Origin: Longimicrobiales bacterium
GTDB lineage: Bacteria > Gemmatimonadota > Gemmatimonadetes > Longimicrobiales > Gaopeijiaceae
DNA: 64,000 nucleotides
Direction: 5' to 3'
Assembly: GCA_963664435.2 (NCBI GenBank)
Contig: CAXXKM010000001.1
Location: 544,001 to 608,000 of the forward strand
Below are positions 18,583-28,880 of this stretch, piece by piece. How positions within the stretch are numbered: position 1 is the first letter of the stretch; the number at the start of each line of letters is the position of its first letter. The notes under the pieces are model-generated. The model did not search any database. It saw only the letters and a list, made by a program, of their open reading frames with translations, and was not told the DNA's origin. A program made the translations under genes and the position numbers.

Positions 18583-20406
18583 TCAGCCCGGGTCGACGGC
18601 TTCATACACCGCCTGACGACGACGACGGTTCCGCTCCCGGTCCGTTACGATCTCGACAATCCCGCTCCCGCCCCGCGCGATCCGGCGCTCCAGCGACGAT
18701 GCCAGCTGCGCGTGCGTCCGGACGCGCTCGTGCGGCAGCCCGTAGAGCGCGGCCGCGTGGGCGAAGTCCAGTCCGTGCGGCGTCGCGAAGTGCCGGGTGA
18801 ACGCCGGTTCGAAGTTCCGGATGGGGAGGAAATGGAAGATACCGCCCCCGTCATTGTTGACCAGGACGAAGATGATCTCGGCGTGGTCGCGGGCGCTCAG
18901 GAGCCCGTTCATGTCGTGGATGAACGCCACGTCGCCGACGATGGCCAGTACCGGGCCCTCCCCCCCGGCGGCGACACCCGCGGCCGACGACAGGATGCCG
19001 TCGATTCCGCTGGCCCCGCGGTTGCCGTGAACCAGAAGCGGCTTCCGGCAGGGGAAGGCGAAGGCGTCCAGGTCGCGCACCGGCATGCTCGACGAGACGA
19101 AGATGTTGCTCCCGGGCGGCGCGGCGCGCACGACTTCCGCGCACACGGCGCCATCGAAAAGCTCGCCCTGCGAGCATTCCGCGACCGCACGCGAGGCCGC
19201 CTCCCGTGCTCGGCGCCACCGGCCGCGCCACCGCTCCTTCGACTCGCTGTCCGTGCCGGAGTGTTCGCGTCCGGAGGCCTTCGGGGCCGCGGGACCGCCC
19301 ATTGGCCCGGAATCCACCGCCAACTGCGCACACAGGGCTTCGGCGAAGGTCGCCACATCGGCGCGCAGGTAGTCGCTGGCGACGTTGAGGTGATCCTTCC
19401 AGCGATCCCCGCCGTCGATCGCCCACTGCTCGCCTCCCGCTTCTCCAAGCAGCGTCAGCAGATTCGCCGAGGTGGGGCTCGCGCCCAGACGCAGGATGAG
19501 TTCGGGGCGCAGGGCATCACGCGCGGGTGCGTGCTTCAGGAAGAGGTCGTACCCGCCCACGCGCAGCGCTCCCTTCGCGTCGCCGAAGCGGGCGCCGGAG
19601 AGGGCATCGGCAAGGAGCGGATACCCGGTGGCGGCGGCAAGAGCCTTCGCGGCGGGCCCGTCGCGCTCCGGCTCGGGCGAGGGACCGGCGACGACCAGCC
19701 CGCGTTCGACCGCCCGCACCCGCGCCGCCAGCTCGGCCACGCGGCCGGCAGGGGACGCCGAGCGGCGTACGGCGATGCGCGTGAGCGGGGCCGCCGCCGG
19801 CCGGCCTCGCGCCGCCAGCGGATTCGCGGCAGCGAACCCCTCCGGCACCTCACCGGATACCCGCGTTGGCGCGAGCGGCTTGGCGAAGGGCAGGTTCATG
19901 TGCACCGGGCCGGCCGGGCGACCCACGGCGGACGCCACCGCGCGAGCCGCCAGCGCCCGCAGGTGCACGAGCGCCCCCTCCGCCACCTCGGGTGGCGCGG
20001 CCTCCACGAAATCGCGTACATGGCTGCCGAACATGCGCGTCTGGTCGATCGTCTGGTTCGCGTCCGCGCCACGCAGCCGGTGCGGGCGGTCGGCGGTCAG
20101 CAGGAGCAGGGGGGCCTCGCTGTACGATGCTTCGACGACCGCCGGAAAGAGGTTGGCGACCGCGGTTCCCGAGGTGGTGATCACTGCTGCGGGCCGCCCC
20201 GCGCGCTTGCCCAGGCCGAGCGCGAAGAACCCCGCCGACCGCTCGTCCAGGTGGGTGAACACCCGCAACCGCTCATCTGCCGCGGCGGCCATGACCAGCG
20301 GGGCGGAGCGGTAGCCCGGCGCCAGCACGACCTCGCGCACCCCCGCGCGCGCAAATTCGTCGAGCAGGACGCCGGCCCACACCAGGTTCCGGTTCGGACC
20401 GGTCAC
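18583..20406 (-). CDS. menD: SEPHCHC synthase MenD
   Basis: PGYRSAPL, DERSAGFFALG, TSGTA, NRGASGIDG, GDVAFIHDMNGL, NNDGGGIF. Confidence 0.95.
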   Translation of the reverse strand: MTGPNRNLVWAGVLLDEFARAGVREVVLAPGYRSAPLVMAAAADERLRVFTHLDERSAGFFALGLGKRAGRPAAVITTSGTAVANLFPAVVEASYSEAPLLLLTADRPHRLRGADANQTIDQTRMFGSHVRDFVEAAPPEVAEGALVHLRALAARAVASAVGRPAGPVHMNLPFAKPLAPTRVSGEVPEGFAAANPLAARGRPAAAPLTRIAVRRSASPAGRVAELAARVRAVERGLVVAGPSPEPERDGPAAKALAAATGYPLLADALSGARFGDAKGALRVGGYDLFLKHAPARDALRPELILRLGASPTSANLLTLLGEAGGEQWAIDGGDRWKDHLNVASDYLRADVATFAEALCAQLAVDSGPMGGPAAPKASGREHSGTDSESKERWRGRWRRAREAASRAVAECSQGELFDGAVCAEVVRAAPPGSNIFVSSSMPVRDLDAFAFPCRKPLLVHGNRGASGIDGILSSAAGVAAGGEGPVLAIVGDVAFIHDMNGLLSARDHAEIIFVLVNNDGGGIFHFLPIRNFEPAFTRHFATPHGLDFAHAAALYGLPHERVRTHAQLASSLERRIARGGSGIVEIVTDRERNRRRRQAVYEAVDPG

Positions 20407-20419
20407 CGTCCGTCGACGC

Positions 20420-21796
20420 TCAGCGAACGCCGCGGGCCCCGGCCGCGTCCAGCGCGCGCAGCACCGGCTCGAACTTGATCCCGGTCTCGTCCCACTCCGC
20501 ATCGGGATCGGAGCCGGGCACGATCCCCGCCCCGGCGAAGAGTCGCCAGGTGGTGGAACGCGCCACCGCAGTGCGCAGCGCCGGCACGAAGACCCCGTCG
20601 CCGCGGGTGTCGAACCACCCCACCGGGCCCGCGTACCATCCGCGCTCGAAGGGCTCGTTCCTGGAGAGCAGGTCGAGGGCCGCGTCGCGGGCCACGCCAC
20701 AGACGGCGGGCGTCGGGTGGAGCGCCGCCACCAGTTCCAGTACCGATGCCCCGGGCCGCAGGATCGCCTTGATTCGGGTCTCGAGGTGCTGAATGCGGGC
20801 CAGAGTGAGCACGTGCGGCTCGGCCTGGACTTCGACCGTGCGCGACAGCGGCTCCAGCCGCGCGACCATGTCCTTGACCGTGAATGCGTGTTCGACCCGA
20901 TCCTTGGCGCTGTCAAGAAGCTGATGGGCGAGGGCGCGCTGCTCCTGGTCGGTCCCACCGCGCGACACCGAACCGGCGACGGCGGTCGCGCTGAAACGGT
21001 CGCCCCGAACCGTGGCCAGCGCCTCGGGAGTGGCACCGACGATCGGCGACCCGGCCACGGGCTCGAAGAGGAACACGTGGGCGTCCGCGTTCTCGCGCCG
21101 CAGGTATTCGAGCACTTCCACCGGATCGAGAGCGCCCGTGGTGGACACGTCGAGGATGCGCGCGAGCACCGCCTTCTCCATCCGCCCGTCCTGGATGGCC
21201 GACAGGATCTCCTCGACCGCGCGCTGCCAGTTCCGGCGCCCCGACCGCAGGCGGGCGGCGGGACGCAGCGCCCGATGATCCCCGTTTCGCGCAGTCCGGG
21301 CGACGCCCTTCAGCGTGTAGTCGAGCCGCGCCCGCAGCTGGCCGCGCACCGTCGCCACGTCGTCCCCGGGGCCGGCCAGCGCCTGAGTGGTGAGGCGTAC
21401 GGTCTCGCCGTCGTGCTCCAACTCCAGGTCCGGCAGAACGAAACGCGCGCTTGGGAACGCGGCCCAGAAATCGCGCGGCACGTGATCGTCCCGGAAGGAG
21501 AAGCCCCCGTAGAAGCGCACCGCGGACTCCTGCCCCGCTCCTCGCCATCCGAGCCCGTTCTCGGGGCGGGCAAAGCTCCGAGCCCGGTCCTGGATCGCGA
21601 GGAAGCGATCCCGCGACCCGACGCCGGAATGAACCACCAGGGACTCGAGTTCCCCGACATGGGCCAGCCACCCCCGCCCCCGCGCCCAGAAGCCCCGGGG
21701 GCGGCCCCGGCCCCATCTCAGGAATGCACCGGGCTGCAGGCGGCTGTCGACGGTTTCGCGAACCAGTACGAAGCGCGGGGGTGCCTGTAGTCTCAT
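20420..21796 (-). CDS. menF: Isochorismate synthase
   Basis: KAVLAR, GATPE, AVAGS, LHPTPAVCG, RGWYAGPVGW, FAGAGIV. Confidence 0.93.
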   Translation of the reverse strand: MRLQAPPRFVLVRETVDSRLQPGAFLRWGRGRPRGFWARGRGWLAHVGELESLVVHSGVGSRDRFLAIQDRARSFARPENGLGWRGAGQESAVRFYGGFSFRDDHVPRDFWAAFPSARFVLPDLELEHDGETVRLTTQALAGPGDDVATVRGQLRARLDYTLKGVARTARNGDHRALRPAARLRSGRRNWQRAVEEILSAIQDGRMEKAVLARILDVSTTGALDPVEVLEYLRRENADAHVFLFEPVAGSPIVGATPEALATVRGDRFSATAVAGSVSRGGTDQEQRALAHQLLDSAKDRVEHAFTVKDMVARLEPLSRTVEVQAEPHVLTLARIQHLETRIKAILRPGASVLELVAALHPTPAVCGVARDAALDLLSRNEPFERGWYAGPVGWFDTRGDGVFVPALRTAVARSTTWRLFAGAGIVPGSDPDAEWDETGIKFEPVLRALDAAGARGVR

Positions 21797-22015
21797 TTCT
21801 CCCGGACCTGGCGTCGGTTGCCCCTGCGGGGACGTTTTGGCGAAGGTCTGTGCTTCCGTCGTCGGCCGCCTCGGCCAGCCTGCGGCGACAGCGCCGGAAA
21901 ACGTTCACTGTGCCCGCGATGACGTGCAAGGGGCGCGTTGCCCCGCCTCCGGCGCGCGCCTATCATGAGCCGGGTTTTCTCACCCGTTTTCACCTCTTCT
22001 GCCATGAGGAAACCG

Positions 22016-23143
22016 ATGGACCGCAGACACTTCGTGCGTTCCGGAGCAACCCTGGGCGCCTTCGGCATCGGAGGCCTGGGCTTCCCTCGACTCGCCAGCG
22101 CAACCTGGTCTCCCGGACTCCAGGCCGACGGCTCCATCCGCATGAACTCCAACGAGAACCCGTTGGGTCTCTCGCCATCGGCGCGCCAGGCGGTCGTCGA
22201 CAACCTCGATCTCGCGAACCGCTATCCGGGCGATCTGATCGGGCAGCTCAGCGACCGGATGTGCGCGTACTACGGCATCACAGCCGATCAGCTGGTGCTC
22301 GGCGCGGGCTCCACCGAGATCCTGCAGATGATCGTTCAGGCCTACGCGTCGCCGCTTCGCAAGCTGGTGCTCGCCGAGCCCACCTTCGAGGACGTGAACG
22401 ACTATCGCGACACCTATCCGTACGACGTGGTGACCGTTCCTCTCACCTCGCAGTACGAGCACGACCTGAACCGCATGCGCGAGGAGTCCGAGAAGGACGG
22501 CCGCCCGGCCATGGTCTACATCTGCAACCCAAACAACCCGACGGGCACCATCACGTCCAGCGCCGAACTCGACAACTGGATCGCGGACGCGCCCGAGGAC
22601 GTGCTCTTCCTCATGGATGAAGCGTACTTCGAGTACGTGGAAGACCCCGCGTACTGGTCCGCGCTCAAGTGGGTGCACGACCGCCCCAACGTGATCGTGG
22701 TGCGCACTTTCTCGAAGATCTACGGGATGGCGGGGCTGCGCCTGGGCTTCGGCATCGCGCACCCGCGCGCGGTCCGGCGCATGCAGGACTTCGCGATACA
22801 CAGCAGCGCCAACCAGCTGGCGCTGGCGGCCGGCATCGCTTGCTTCGGCGACGAGGAGTTGATGGCGAAGAGCCGCGAGGTGAACCGGGAGGCCCGCGAG
22901 ATCACCGAGGCCTGCCTGGATGAACTCGGCCTCGAGTACCTGCCCACCCACGGCAATTTCCTGATGCACCGCATCAGCGGGGATCTGGACACCTACATCA
23001 ACCGCATGAGCGACGCAGGCCTGCTGGTCGGCCGCAGGTTCCCGCCCATGCTCGACTACAACCGCCTCTCCTTCTCCCTGCCGGAGCACATGGAGCAGTG
23101 GGCCGAGACCCTGCGCGACTTCCGCAGCAGGGGCTGGGTGTAG
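22016..23143 (+). CDS. PLP-dependent class I/II aminotransferase (HisC-like) with Tat signal
   Basis: MDRRHFV twin-arginine leader; SNENP, CNPNNPTG, DEAY, RTFSKIYGMAGLRLG. Confidence 0.88.
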   Translation: MDRRHFVRSGATLGAFGIGGLGFPRLASATWSPGLQADGSIRMNSNENPLGLSPSARQAVVDNLDLANRYPGDLIGQLSDRMCAYYGITADQLVLGAGSTEILQMIVQAYASPLRKLVLAEPTFEDVNDYRDTYPYDVVTVPLTSQYEHDLNRMREESEKDGRPAMVYICNPNNPTGTITSSAELDNWIADAPEDVLFLMDEAYFEYVEDPAYWSALKWVHDRPNVIVVRTFSKIYGMAGLRLGFGIAHPRAVRRMQDFAIHSSANQLALAAGIACFGDEELMAKSREVNREAREITEACLDELGLEYLPTHGNFLMHRISGDLDTYINRMSDAGLLVGRRFPPMLDYNRLSFSLPEHMEQWAETLRDFRSRGWV

Positions 23144-23149
23144 GCAGCC

Positions 23150-24091
23150 GTGACTGCAAGCTCGGGCACATACGGGCGTCCGGCCTCCCCGGAGGACGGG
23201 CCGCCTGCGGACGACATGCCGGAAGCCACCCGCCCGCGCGCACGATCCACACGCCCCTTCCCCACGTTCCTCCAGGGCCTCGGGCTGGTGGTGCTGGTGC
23301 TGGTCCTCCAGTCATCGATAGGGCTGGCGGCCTTCCTGCTTGATCCGACCTCGGGAACCTACAGCCAGCACCCACTCACGCTGGGCGTCGCCAACCTGCT
23401 CGCCTTCGGCATCGTGATCCTCGTGGCCACGCGACGCAGGGGGATCGGGTTCGCAGCGGTCTGCCCGTCAAGCCCGGTGTCCCCGGGAATCCTCCTGCTG
23501 GTCGCCGTTCTCATCCTGGGCACCGTCATCCTCCTCTCCGAGGTCGACAATCTCACTCGCCTGGTCTTCCCGCCGCCGGCTGGGCTGGCCGAGGCGTTCG
23601 AAGAACTCCTGGACACGAGAGCGCGCCCGATCGGCAGCTTCTTTCTGCTCGTGGTCGTCGCCCCGGTGACCGAGGAAGTGCTCTGCCGGGGCCTCATCCT
23701 GAGGGGATTCCTGGGCAACTATTCGAAGAGGAGCGCCATTCTGCTGTCCGCGCTGCTCTTCGCCGTGATGCACACCAACCCGTGGCAGTTCATCTCCGCC
23801 TTCGTCGCCGGCGTGCTGCTGGCCTGGCTGCTGATCGAGACGGGATCGCTGCTGCCCTGCCTGTTCGCGCACGCCATGGCCAACGGTACGGCGTATCTCG
23901 CGGGGCTGACCCGGGTGGAGGTTCCAGGCTTCACGAGCAGCATGGGGGATGCCGTGCAGTTTCAGCCTTTCTGGCTGAACGCGGTGGGCGTGGCGTTTGC
24001 CGTGGGCGGCTATCTGCTGCTCCGGCGCACGTTCCGGGAGAAGGCCCGCCCGCCTGAAGATCTCTACCGCCGCCCGCGGGCGCCCGCCTGA
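23150..24091 (+). CDS. CPBP (CAAX/Abi) intramembrane metalloprotease
   Basis: APVTEEVLCRG, FAVMH and AHMAN-type HxxxN motifs; multi-TM. Start may be the ATG at 23216. Confidence 0.85.
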   Translation: MTASSGTYGRPASPEDGPPADDMPEATRPRARSTRPFPTFLQGLGLVVLVLVLQSSIGLAAFLLDPTSGTYSQHPLTLGVANLLAFGIVILVATRRRGIGFAAVCPSSPVSPGILLLVAVLILGTVILLSEVDNLTRLVFPPPAGLAEAFEELLDTRARPIGSFFLLVVVAPVTEEVLCRGLILRGFLGNYSKRSAILLSALLFAVMHTNPWQFISAFVAGVLLAWLLIETGSLLPCLFAHAMANGTAYLAGLTRVEVPGFTSSMGDAVQFQPFWLNAVGVAFAVGGYLLLRRTFREKARPPEDLYRRPRAPA

Positions 24092-24120
24092 ACCTCATCG
24101 CTCCGCGCGAGGACCCGCTC

Positions 24121-24390
24121 ATGCCATCTCCGCCATCCGTCCGACCGGGATACTGGGCGGCCAACCTGCGCTACCTGGGCATCCTGCTCTCGATCTGGTT
24201 CCTGGTGTCGTTCGGCTGCGGCATCCTGTTCGCGGACGCGCTCAACGGCTTCCGGTTCCCCGGCACCGGGTTCAAGGTCGGATTCTGGTTCGCCCAGCAG
24301 GGAGCCATCTACGCCTTCCTGGTGCTCATCTTCGTCTACGTCCGGCTGATGAACCGCCTGGACCGCGAGTATGGGGTGGAAGAGGAATGA
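24121..24390 (+). CDS. DUF4212 small subunit of solute:sodium symporter
   Basis: YWAANLR and GFWFAQQG motifs; stop overlaps the symporter start. Confidence 0.88.
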   Translation: MPSPPSVRPGYWAANLRYLGILLSIWFLVSFGCGILFADALNGFRFPGTGFKVGFWFAQQGAIYAFLVLIFVYVRLMNRLDREYGVEEE

Positions 24391-26108
24391 ACGTTCAGGC
24401 CTGGACCTTCACCCTGGTCGCGATCACCTTCGCGCTCTACATCGGCGTGGCGGTGTGGTCGCGCGCGAGCACCACCCGCGACTTCTATGTGGCGGGCAAG
24501 GGCGTGCCCCCGCTGGCGAACGGCATGGCGACCGCCGCCGACTGGATGTCGGCCGCGTCGTTCATCTCGATGGCCGGGCTGATCGCCTTCCTGGGCTACG
24601 ACGGCTCGGTGTACCTCATGGGCTGGACCGGGGGCTACGTCCTGCTGGCGCTGCTGCTGGCCCCCTACCTGCGCAAGTTCGGGCGCTATACCGTCCCCGA
24701 CTTCGTGGGCGACCGCTACTACTCGAAGACGGCGCGGGTGGTGGCCGTCGTTTGCGCCATCTTCATCTCGTTCACCTACGTGGCCGGCCAGATGCGCGGG
24801 GTGGGCATCGTCTTCAGCCGCTTCCTCGAGGTGCCGATCGAATGGGGCGTGGCGATCGGCATGGCGATCGTCTTCTTCTACGCCGTGCTCGGCGGCATGA
24901 AGGGGATCACCTACACGCAGGTGGCGCAGTACTGCGTGCTCATCTTCGCCTACATGGTGCCCGCCATCTTCCTGTCGATCCTCATCACCGGCAACCCAGT
25001 GCCGCAGCTGGGGCTGGGCGGCGCCGACCTGGTCAGCGGGGAGTACCTGCTGGACCGGCTCGACGGGCTCCACGAACAGCTGGGCTTCGCCGCCTACACG
25101 GACGGCTCCAAGTCGACGCTGGACGTGTTCGCGATCACGGCGGCGCTGATGGTGGGGACGGCGGGGCTGCCGCACGTGATCATCCGCTTCTACACGGTTC
25201 CGCGCGTGCGCGACGCCCGGGTTTCGGCGGGATGGGCGCTGCTCTTCATCGCGATTCTGTATACGACGGCGCCGGCGGTCGCGGTCTTCGCGCGCACCAA
25301 CCTGCTCAACACCGTGTCGGAGCAGCCCTACGAGGCGGTTCCGGAGTGGTTCACCACCTGGGAGAACACCGACCTTATCGCCTACGAAGACCACAACGGC
25401 GACGGGCTGATCCAGTTCGTGGGCCCCAGTGCCGTCGACGTCTCCGGGCAGCCGGTGGAGAACGAGCTCACCATCGACCGGGACATCATGGTGCTCGCCA
25501 ACCCGGAGATCGCGGGGCTGCCGGCGTGGGTCGTCGGGCTGGTGGCGGCGGGTGGACTCGCGGCGGCCCTCTCGACGGCGGCGGGCCTGCTGCTGGTGGT
25601 CTCCTCGGCCATCAGCCACGATCTGCTCAAGGGAGTCTTCCGGCCCGGCATCTCCGAGCGCGGAGAACTGGTGTGGGCGCGCGTCAGCGCGGCCTTCGCG
25701 GTCGTCCTGGCCGGTTATCTGGGCATCAACCCGCCCGGCTTCGTGGCCCAGGTGGTGGCGTTCGCCTTCGGGCTGGCCGCGGCCTCGTTCTTCCCCGCCA
25801 TCATCCTGGGCATCTTCTCCCGGCGCATGAACCGAGAGGGCGCCGTCGCCGGGATGATCTCGGGAATCGCCTTCACGGCCGCCTACATCATCTACTTCAA
25901 CTACCTGAATCCGGCCGCCAACACGGCCGACAACTGGTTCCTGGGGATTTCGCCGGAGGGCATCGGTTTCGTGGGCATGCTGATCAATTTCGTGGTCGCG
26001 GGCATCGTGTCGCGCTCGACCGCCGCGCCGCCCGAGGAGGTGGGCAGGCTGGTGGAACGCATCCGGGTGCCGAAGGGCTCGGGACCCGCGCACGAGGTGT
26101 CGGCATGA
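24387..26108 (+). CDS. Sodium:solute symporter (ActP/VC_2705-like)
   Basis: GMATAADWMSAASF, GGMKGITYTQ, GTAGLPHVIIRFYT. Confidence 0.92.
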   Translation: MNVQAWTFTLVAITFALYIGVAVWSRASTTRDFYVAGKGVPPLANGMATAADWMSAASFISMAGLIAFLGYDGSVYLMGWTGGYVLLALLLAPYLRKFGRYTVPDFVGDRYYSKTARVVAVVCAIFISFTYVAGQMRGVGIVFSRFLEVPIEWGVAIGMAIVFFYAVLGGMKGITYTQVAQYCVLIFAYMVPAIFLSILITGNPVPQLGLGGADLVSGEYLLDRLDGLHEQLGFAAYTDGSKSTLDVFAITAALMVGTAGLPHVIIRFYTVPRVRDARVSAGWALLFIAILYTTAPAVAVFARTNLLNTVSEQPYEAVPEWFTTWENTDLIAYEDHNGDGLIQFVGPSAVDVSGQPVENELTIDRDIMVLANPEIAGLPAWVVGLVAAGGLAAALSTAAGLLLVVSSAISHDLLKGVFRPGISERGELVWARVSAAFAVVLAGYLGINPPGFVAQVVAFAFGLAAASFFPAIILGIFSRRMNREGAVAGMISGIAFTAAYIIYFNYLNPAANTADNWFLGISPEGIGFVGMLINFVVAGIVSRSTAAPPEEVGRLVERIRVPKGSGPAHEVSA

Positions 26109-27847
26109 ACGGCGCCCGGCGGAGGCTGGCAGCGGCGCTCTGCGCGGGCGCCCTCTGCCTGACGGGATGCGCCGGCGAGGAAACCGGTTACGATGTCGTC
26201 ATTCGCGGAGGCACCGTCTACGACGGCTCCGGCTCACCCCCCGTGGTGGCCGACGTGGGCATCCGCGGAGACCGCATCGCGGCGCTGGGCGACCTTTCCG
26301 GCGCGCAGGCGGCGCAGGTGCTCGACGCCTCCGGGATGGCGGTGTCCCCGGGCTTCATCAACATGCTCAGCTGGGCCACCGAATCCCTCATCGTGGACGG
26401 GCGCTCCCTCGGCGACGTCCGCCAGGGGGTGACGCTCGAGGTCTTCGGAGAAGGCAGCTCGATGGGACCGGCGAACGACGCCATGAAGGCGGACTTCCTC
26501 GAGGACTTCGTCTCCTGGCTGGGCGGGACCGAAGCCGCCGCGCGCGCCCTGGGCCTGCCGCCGGATGCGCCGCTGGAGGTGCCCTGGACGACGCTCGGCG
26601 AATACCTGGGCTTCCTCGAGCGCAAGGGCGTCGCCACCAACGTGGCCTCCTTCATCGGCGCCACCACCGTGCGGGTGCACGAGATCGGCTATGAGGACCG
26701 CCCTCCCACCGCGGACGAACTGGAGCGCATGCGCGCCCTGGTGCGCACCGCGATGGAAGAGGGCGCCATGGGGGTGGGCTCGTCGCTCATCTACACCCCG
26801 GGGTTCTTCGCCGACACCGACGAGCTGATCGCGCTCTCCGAGGTCGCCGCCGAGTACGACGGCATGTACATCTCCCACATGCGCAGCGAGGGCGCGCGGC
26901 TGCTCGAATCGGTCGAGGAGCTCATCACCATCGCGCGCGAGGCCGGCATCCGCGCCCAGATCTACCACCTGAAGGCGGGCGGGCGCGAGAACTGGCACAA
27001 GATGGAGGACGTGATCGCGCGCGTGGAGCAGGTGCGCGCCGAGGGGCTCGGCATCACCGCCGACATGTACACCTACACCGCCGGCTCCACCGGGCTCGAC
27101 GCGGCCATGCCGCCCTGGGTGCAGGAGGGCGGCTACGACGCCTGGGCGGAGCGCATCCGGGACCCCGGGATCCGCGCGCGGGTGGTGGAGGAGATGCGGA
27201 CCCCCACGGACGAGTGGGAGAACCTGCTGCTCTCGTCCGGACCGGAGGGCGCGTTGCTGGTCGGCTTCCGCAACGAGGAACTGCGCCGCTACCAGGGCAT
27301 GACCCTGGCCGAGGTGGCCGAGGAGCGCGGCACCCCACCCGAGGAGACCGCCATCGACCTGGTGATCGAAGACGGCACCCGGGTGCAGGTCGTCTACTTC
27401 CTCATGTCGGAGGAGAACGTGCGCCGCCAGATCGCGCTGCCCTGGGTGTCCTTCGACTCCGACGCGGCGTCGATGGCGCCGGAAGGCGTCTTCCTGCAGA
27501 ACAGCACCCATCCGCGCGCGTACGGCAACTTCGCCCGCCTGCTGGGCCGGTACGTGCGCGAGGAAGGCGTCATCCCGCTGGAAGAGGCGGTGCGCAAGCT
27601 CACCTCGCTTCCGGCCGCCAACCTGCGCATCTCCGATCGCGGTCGGCTCGCGGAGGGCTATTTCGCGGATGTCGTGGTGTTCGACCCGGCCACCATCATC
27701 GACCACGCCACCTACGAGGATTCCCACCAGCTCGCCACCGGGGTGACGCACGTCTTCGTCAACGGCGTGATGGTGCTCGACGATTCCGAACCCACCGGCG
27801 CGATGTCCGGTCGTTTCGTGCGCGGACCCGGCTGGACGGGCCGCTGA
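26105..27847 (+). CDS. N-acyl-D-amino-acid deacylase-like amidohydrolase, lipoprotein
   Basis: LCLTGC lipobox; GGTVYDGSG, SHMRSE, FDSD, HPRAYGNF, RGRLAEGYFADVVVFDP. Confidence 0.88.
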   Translation: MNGARRRLAAALCAGALCLTGCAGEETGYDVVIRGGTVYDGSGSPPVVADVGIRGDRIAALGDLSGAQAAQVLDASGMAVSPGFINMLSWATESLIVDGRSLGDVRQGVTLEVFGEGSSMGPANDAMKADFLEDFVSWLGGTEAAARALGLPPDAPLEVPWTTLGEYLGFLERKGVATNVASFIGATTVRVHEIGYEDRPPTADELERMRALVRTAMEEGAMGVGSSLIYTPGFFADTDELIALSEVAAEYDGMYISHMRSEGARLLESVEELITIAREAGIRAQIYHLKAGGRENWHKMEDVIARVEQVRAEGLGITADMYTYTAGSTGLDAAMPPWVQEGGYDAWAERIRDPGIRARVVEEMRTPTDEWENLLLSSGPEGALLVGFRNEELRRYQGMTLAEVAEERGTPPEETAIDLVIEDGTRVQVVYFLMSEENVRRQIALPWVSFDSDAASMAPEGVFLQNSTHPRAYGNFARLLGRYVREEGVIPLEEAVRKLTSLPAANLRISDRGRLAEGYFADVVVFDPATIIDHATYEDSHQLATGVTHVFVNGVMVLDDSEPTGAMSGRFVRGPGWTGR

Positions 27848-27887
27848 GGTGTCCGACTAAGTCAACCGGCCTAAGTCCGCTCTCGAC

Positions 27888-28697
27888 TCAGCCGGGCACG
27901 AACGCCACGATGCGCAGCGGTCCCCCGCTGCCCCCGGCGATCTTCATGGGCAGCGCCACGACGAAGGCCCCCCACTCCGGCAGTTCGGCCAGCGAAGCCA
28001 CGTTCTCGTAGCCCGGGATGTTCTCCTCGTAAAGGATGCGGTGGGTTTCGAAGCCGCTCGACTGCCCATGGTCGATGCTGGCGGTGTCGATGCCCAGCGC
28101 GGCGATGTCGCGGTTGTCGACCAGCCACTGTGCCGCCTCCGGATCCAGGCCCGGGAAGTGAAGCTCCGGAACGGCTTCCGCCCCGCGCAGCGCCGTCCCC
28201 AGGTACCGGGCGGGGTCCGGCCAGCGGTTCGCCCAGCCCGTGTCGAGCAGGACGATGGCGCCGGAAGGGATGGGTCCGTTGCGCGCCTCCCACGCGGCGA
28301 GCGCCTCCACCCCCACCTGGTGGTCCGCATCGTCTCCCGCCGGGTCACGGATGACGGCCGCCGGCCCGATCATCGCGGACAGCGGAATCTGCTCCGTGGA
28401 GATCCTGCCCTCGGCGAAGTGGATGGGCGCGTCGATATGCGTCCCGCCGTGTTCGGACGACGCGAAGTTGAAGGAGGCGTAGAAGTACCCTCCCTCGGTC
28501 ATGCCGTAGGCGGCCGTGTCCAGCACGAACGGGTCGGCGGTCGGCCAGAAGACGGCGTCGGCGGAGACATCGTGGGTCAGGTCGATCCACCTTCCCGCAG
28601 TCCCGTCGAAAACGGCCGAGTAGTCGGGGGGTGCGGGCGCGCATCCCGAGACCAGCGCGAGCGCGGCGATGATGTGAAGTCCGCCTGGTCGCTTCAT
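27888..28697 (-). CDS. Cyclase family (kynurenine formamidase-like) lipoprotein
   Basis: LVSGC lipobox; EHGGTHIDAPIHF; GIDTASID; GGSGGPLR. Confidence 0.88.
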   Translation of the reverse strand: MKRPGGLHIIAALALVSGCAPAPPDYSAVFDGTAGRWIDLTHDVSADAVFWPTADPFVLDTAAYGMTEGGYFYASFNFASSEHGGTHIDAPIHFAEGRISTEQIPLSAMIGPAAVIRDPAGDDADHQVGVEALAAWEARNGPIPSGAIVLLDTGWANRWPDPARYLGTALRGAEAVPELHFPGLDPEAAQWLVDNRDIAALGIDTASIDHGQSSGFETHRILYEENIPGYENVASLAELPEWGAFVVALPMKIAGGSGGPLRIVAFVPG

Positions 28698-28880
28698 GAC
28701 AACCTCCCGCGAGTAGCGTTGTCGGCCCATATCAACATTCCGTGGCCCGGCCGCGGCGCGTATCATTCATGGACGCCTCCGCGTTCATCGGCGCGCTCCA
28801 TGGGTGATGCCCGGTGACCGAAAAACCTCAACCTGGGACGAAGATATGCGAGAGGAAAGCCTCCACGGCGGGATAGCTCC

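Noticed and set aside
20420..21796. Isochorismate synthase as a siderophore gene
   Set aside because: It leads directly into menD-menB-menA-menE, and there are no NRPS or ent/dhb genes.
23150..24091. CPBP/Abi protease as phage defence or bacteriocin immunity
   Set aside because: No defence or RiPP genes nearby; the family is common and mostly housekeeping.
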